NCBI GenBank assembly: GCA_024654575.1
Contig: JANLHG010000005.1
Span: 65,260 to 129,259 of the forward strand
Source of the DNA: Patescibacteria group bacterium
Lineage (GTDB): Bacteria; Patescibacteriota; Minisyncoccia; Phycocordibacterales; PALSA-1337
Direction of reading: 5' to 3'
DNA length: 64,000 bases
The position numbers and the translations under genes are program-made. The notes under the pieces were generated by a model, which made no database searches, was not told where the DNA came from, and saw only the letters and a program-made list of their open reading frames with translations. Within the stretch, counting starts at the first letter, position 1. Every line of letters begins with the position of its first letter. Of this stretch, positions 61,831 to 64,000 are shown piece after piece.

Positions 61831-62600
61831 GGGGACAGCCACCATTGTTTTACATTTTGTGTGTTGTAATAATATATCTTCACTCTTTTTTCTTCGGGCG
61901 TCCTGGAGATTTTAGTGTTGAATCAAGGTGATGTTTGGAAACCATCTTTTCTACCCATTGTTCTTTTCCATATGGTACATTCTTGTTTACTGAAATGCGA
62001 ACGGTATTTAAATCATTTAGTTTTTCCTGAGTATTAATCCATTTTATATAATTGTCTGGAAGTTGAAAAGATTTTTGATCAAGTAATTTTTTCTGTTGTG
62101 CTGTCCCATGTATACGTCTCCATGTGCTTCCCCATTGCCAATCTTCACAAGAGCGGACAAGCTTTGCACGCACTGCATTGCGTTCAACATATTTAATAAC
62201 CGCAAAAAGATAGCTGTCTTTATCGATAAGAAAAGATTTGTAACGACCTTGGTACAGGTGTCCACTACCGTTTGTGTTCGTGCGTGCATGTACTTTTCGA
62301 GTGTGCGCGTTACTTAATCTGTGCATAAATAAACCAAGGTCTCCATTGTTTCTTGGATAAAGCACTAAATGAAAGTGATTTGGCATTAACTCATATGCAA
62401 GTATACGCATATCAAAAATCTCTTTCGTCTCAAGTAAAAGTTGCTCAAAGAGTCTATAATCTTCGTCTTTATTAAAAATTTGGAGACGACCATTCGCACG
62501 ATTAATTACATGATATATTTCTCCTCCGACATCAACTCTTGCATTTCGTGGCATGGTTTTATTATACCATATTATTTAGGAAACAATGGTGGCTGTCCCC
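61831..62600. mobile_element. 770-bp element: RAYT/Y1 HUH transposase gene within perfect 20-bp inverted repeats
   Basis: ggggacagccaccattgttt (61831-61850) is the exact reverse complement of aaacaatggtggctgtcccc (62581-62600). Confidence 0.85.
61880..62554 (-). CDS. REP-associated tyrosine transposase (Y1 HUH)
   Basis: MPR.AR, YHVINR, MPNHFHL (HUH), GHLYQGRYKS, Y..RN.VRA and W.WGS motifs. Confidence 0.92.
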   Translation of the reverse strand: MPRNARVDVGGEIYHVINRANGRLQIFNKDEDYRLFEQLLLETKEIFDMRILAYELMPNHFHLVLYPRNNGDLGLFMHRLSNAHTRKVHARTNTNGSGHLYQGRYKSFLIDKDSYLFAVIKYVERNAVRAKLVRSCEDWQWGSTWRRIHGTAQQKKLLDQKSFQLPDNYIKWINTQEKLNDLNTVRISVNKNVPYGKEQWVEKMVSKHHLDSTLKSPGRPKKKE

Positions 62601-62606
62601 TTTATC

Positions 62607-63143
62607 TTACCAACAAATACCACCAGGAGAGGAAACTTTTCTAGACCAAAAACCAGCACCATCTAGGACACATGGATTAGAACCACTATCTCTTGTAGGA
62701 TCAAAAAGAGTTGGTTGCGTAAGATAGCTAAAACCCACATCTACTATATTATGATCAAGAAGTGCATAATCAGTGCCGTTAGAGATATAAAGATAACAAC
62801 TAGTACTGTTTGTCTTGTCCATAGATGGATCAGTAGGAAAGCTAGATATATATGTCGGAACAAGACCAGGAATCACATTATCTGAAGCAAAACCACCCCA
62901 GCCATTACATTCACTTCGCCAGCCCCATCCAGGATTTGGATATGATGAATTATTAGAACTATAATACATTTCCAACGCAGTTTGAATTTGTCGAATATCA
63001 GAAAGTCGTTTTGCGTCTCTAGCTTTGGCACGGGCACTACTTAAACTAGCAAGAACCACACTTGAAAGTATACCTATAATAGCAATAACAACTAGAAGCT
63101 CAATTAATGTAAACCCCCGATTATTATTTTTATATAAATTCAT
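62607..63143 (-). CDS. Type IV pilin / GspG-like
   Basis: RG|FTLIELLVVIAIIGIL; ARDAKRLSD; PTDP; several Cys. Confidence 0.9.
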   Translation of the reverse strand: MNLYKNNNRGFTLIELLVVIAIIGILSSVVLASLSSARAKARDAKRLSDIRQIQTALEMYYSSNNSSYPNPGWGWRSECNGWGGFASDNVIPGLVPTYISSFPTDPSMDKTNSTSCYLYISNGTDYALLDHNIVDVGFSYLTQPTLFDPTRDSGSNPCVLDGAGFWSRKVSSPGGICW

Positions 63144-63147
63144 AATA

Positions 63148-63441
63148 TTATCTATTATTAGGAAGATTCTGAATCGTTGTATCTAGCACATTATCCATAG
63201 TATATTTCGGTGTAAAAGTAGTTTTTCTTCCCCAACCAAAAACCAAAAACAACGAAATAACAATTGCAATAACCGCAAACGCAATCAAAACATAATTCGC
63301 TTGATTTTCATTTTTAATAATTCCACCTGAATATTTAATAACCCATTGAACCATTTTCGGTACTGGTGTTTGAGTAGACAGAGGTCGTTTAAAATTCTCG
63401 CCTTCAAATACTATTTTTGGTGACTCATTATTTTGATCCAT
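63148..63441 (-). CDS. Hypothetical single-TM protein
   Basis: WVIKYSGG.IK.E.QANYVL then a TM; leaderless-type -10 upstream. Confidence 0.7.
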   Translation of the reverse strand: MDQNNESPKIVFEGENFKRPLSTQTPVPKMVQWVIKYSGGIIKNENQANYVLIAFAVIAIVISLFLVFGWGRKTTFTPKYTMDNVLDTTIQNLPNNR

Positions 63442-63477
63442 GCTACAATTTTACCACATAACCATATATTTATAACA

Positions 63478-64000
63478 ATGTTAAACTCATTCTTCAAAGA
63501 ATTTATAAGAAACTGGCGGGAAGTCGGGTCTATTGTTCCGAGTTCCAATTTTTTGATTAAAAAAATGCTCAAAACCATAGATTTTAAACGAGCAAAGATT
63601 ATTGTTGAATTCGGACCGGGTTCAGGTTGTATGACAAAAGAATTATTAAAAAAAATGAATTCAGACAGTAAACTTATTGTTTTTGAATCCAATAATAATT
63701 TTTGTCGCAGAATTAAAAATATAGACGACTCAAGAATAACAATTTTTAATGAATCCGCTCTTAATTTAAAAAAACACCTAAATAAACAACGTCCAAATTA
63801 CATAATTTCAGGAATTCCTCTAGCTAATCTTTCTGAAAGTGATAAAAAAAATCTTTTATTGTCATCTTATGATGCTTTAATACCAGAAGGGCGTTTTATT
63901 CAATTTCAATATTCCATAGAGTCCCTCAATAATTTAAAAAATACTTTTGATGATGTCTCCATTGATTTTACTATACTAAATATTCCCCCCGCCTTCGTCT
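63478..64000 (+). CDS. Phospholipid N-methyltransferase (PmtA)-like SAM methyltransferase, partial
   Basis: Not in the ORF track; manual translation MLNSFFKEFIRNWREVGSIVPSS..VEFGPGSG..IISGIPL..FIQFQYS. Confidence 0.85.
   Translation, partial: MLNSFFKEFIRNWREVGSIVPSSNFLIKKMLKTIDFKRAKIIVEFGPGSGCMTKELLKKMNSDSKLIVFESNNNFCRRIKNIDDSRITIFNESALNLKKHLNKQRPNYIISGIPLANLSESDKKNLLLSSYDALIPEGRFIQFQYSIESLNNLKNTFDDVSIDFTILNIPPAFV

Noticed and set aside
51099-63143. Neisseria-style silent pilin cassettes or a shufflon
   Set aside because: All pilin genes are complete with their own N-termini; shared 5' similarity has many synonymous differences; no invertase or repeated crossover sites

Overview
AT-rich chromosomal segment in standard code 11. 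The gene content points to a Patescibacteria/CPR bacterium, probably Parcubacteria (inference): compact housekeeping genes, VirB2/TrbC-like pilin array, full type IV pilus/competence locus, QQRKP-type EF-P. Contents: translation and replication genes (proS, frr, miaA, infB, rbfA, prfA, efp, rpmG/rpmE/rplY/rpsF/rpsR, ssb, gyrA, ligA, holB-like, parB), 7 tRNAs, cell-wall genes (murD-dat-alr, VanY, lytic transglycosylase), clpB, two toxin-antitoxin pairs, a PIF1 helicase plus Fe-S nuclease pair, the 48-61 kb pilus locus and a RAYT-type HUH transposase inside perfect 20-bp inverted repeats. Signals beyond ordinary annotation: (1) short palindromes inserted in frame in core genes (two clear plus one weaker in miaA, one in clpB) with intact intergenic copies; (2) a 27-bp direct repeat that exactly brackets two pilin genes; (3) three promoter-structured RNA-terminator units with no substantial ORF; (4) pervasive leaderless gene starts, contrasting with self-contained promoter-gene-terminator cassettes; (5) DnaA-box-like motifs at phased distances upstream of surface-gene promoters. 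All calls come from reading the sequence by eye; no database searches were run.
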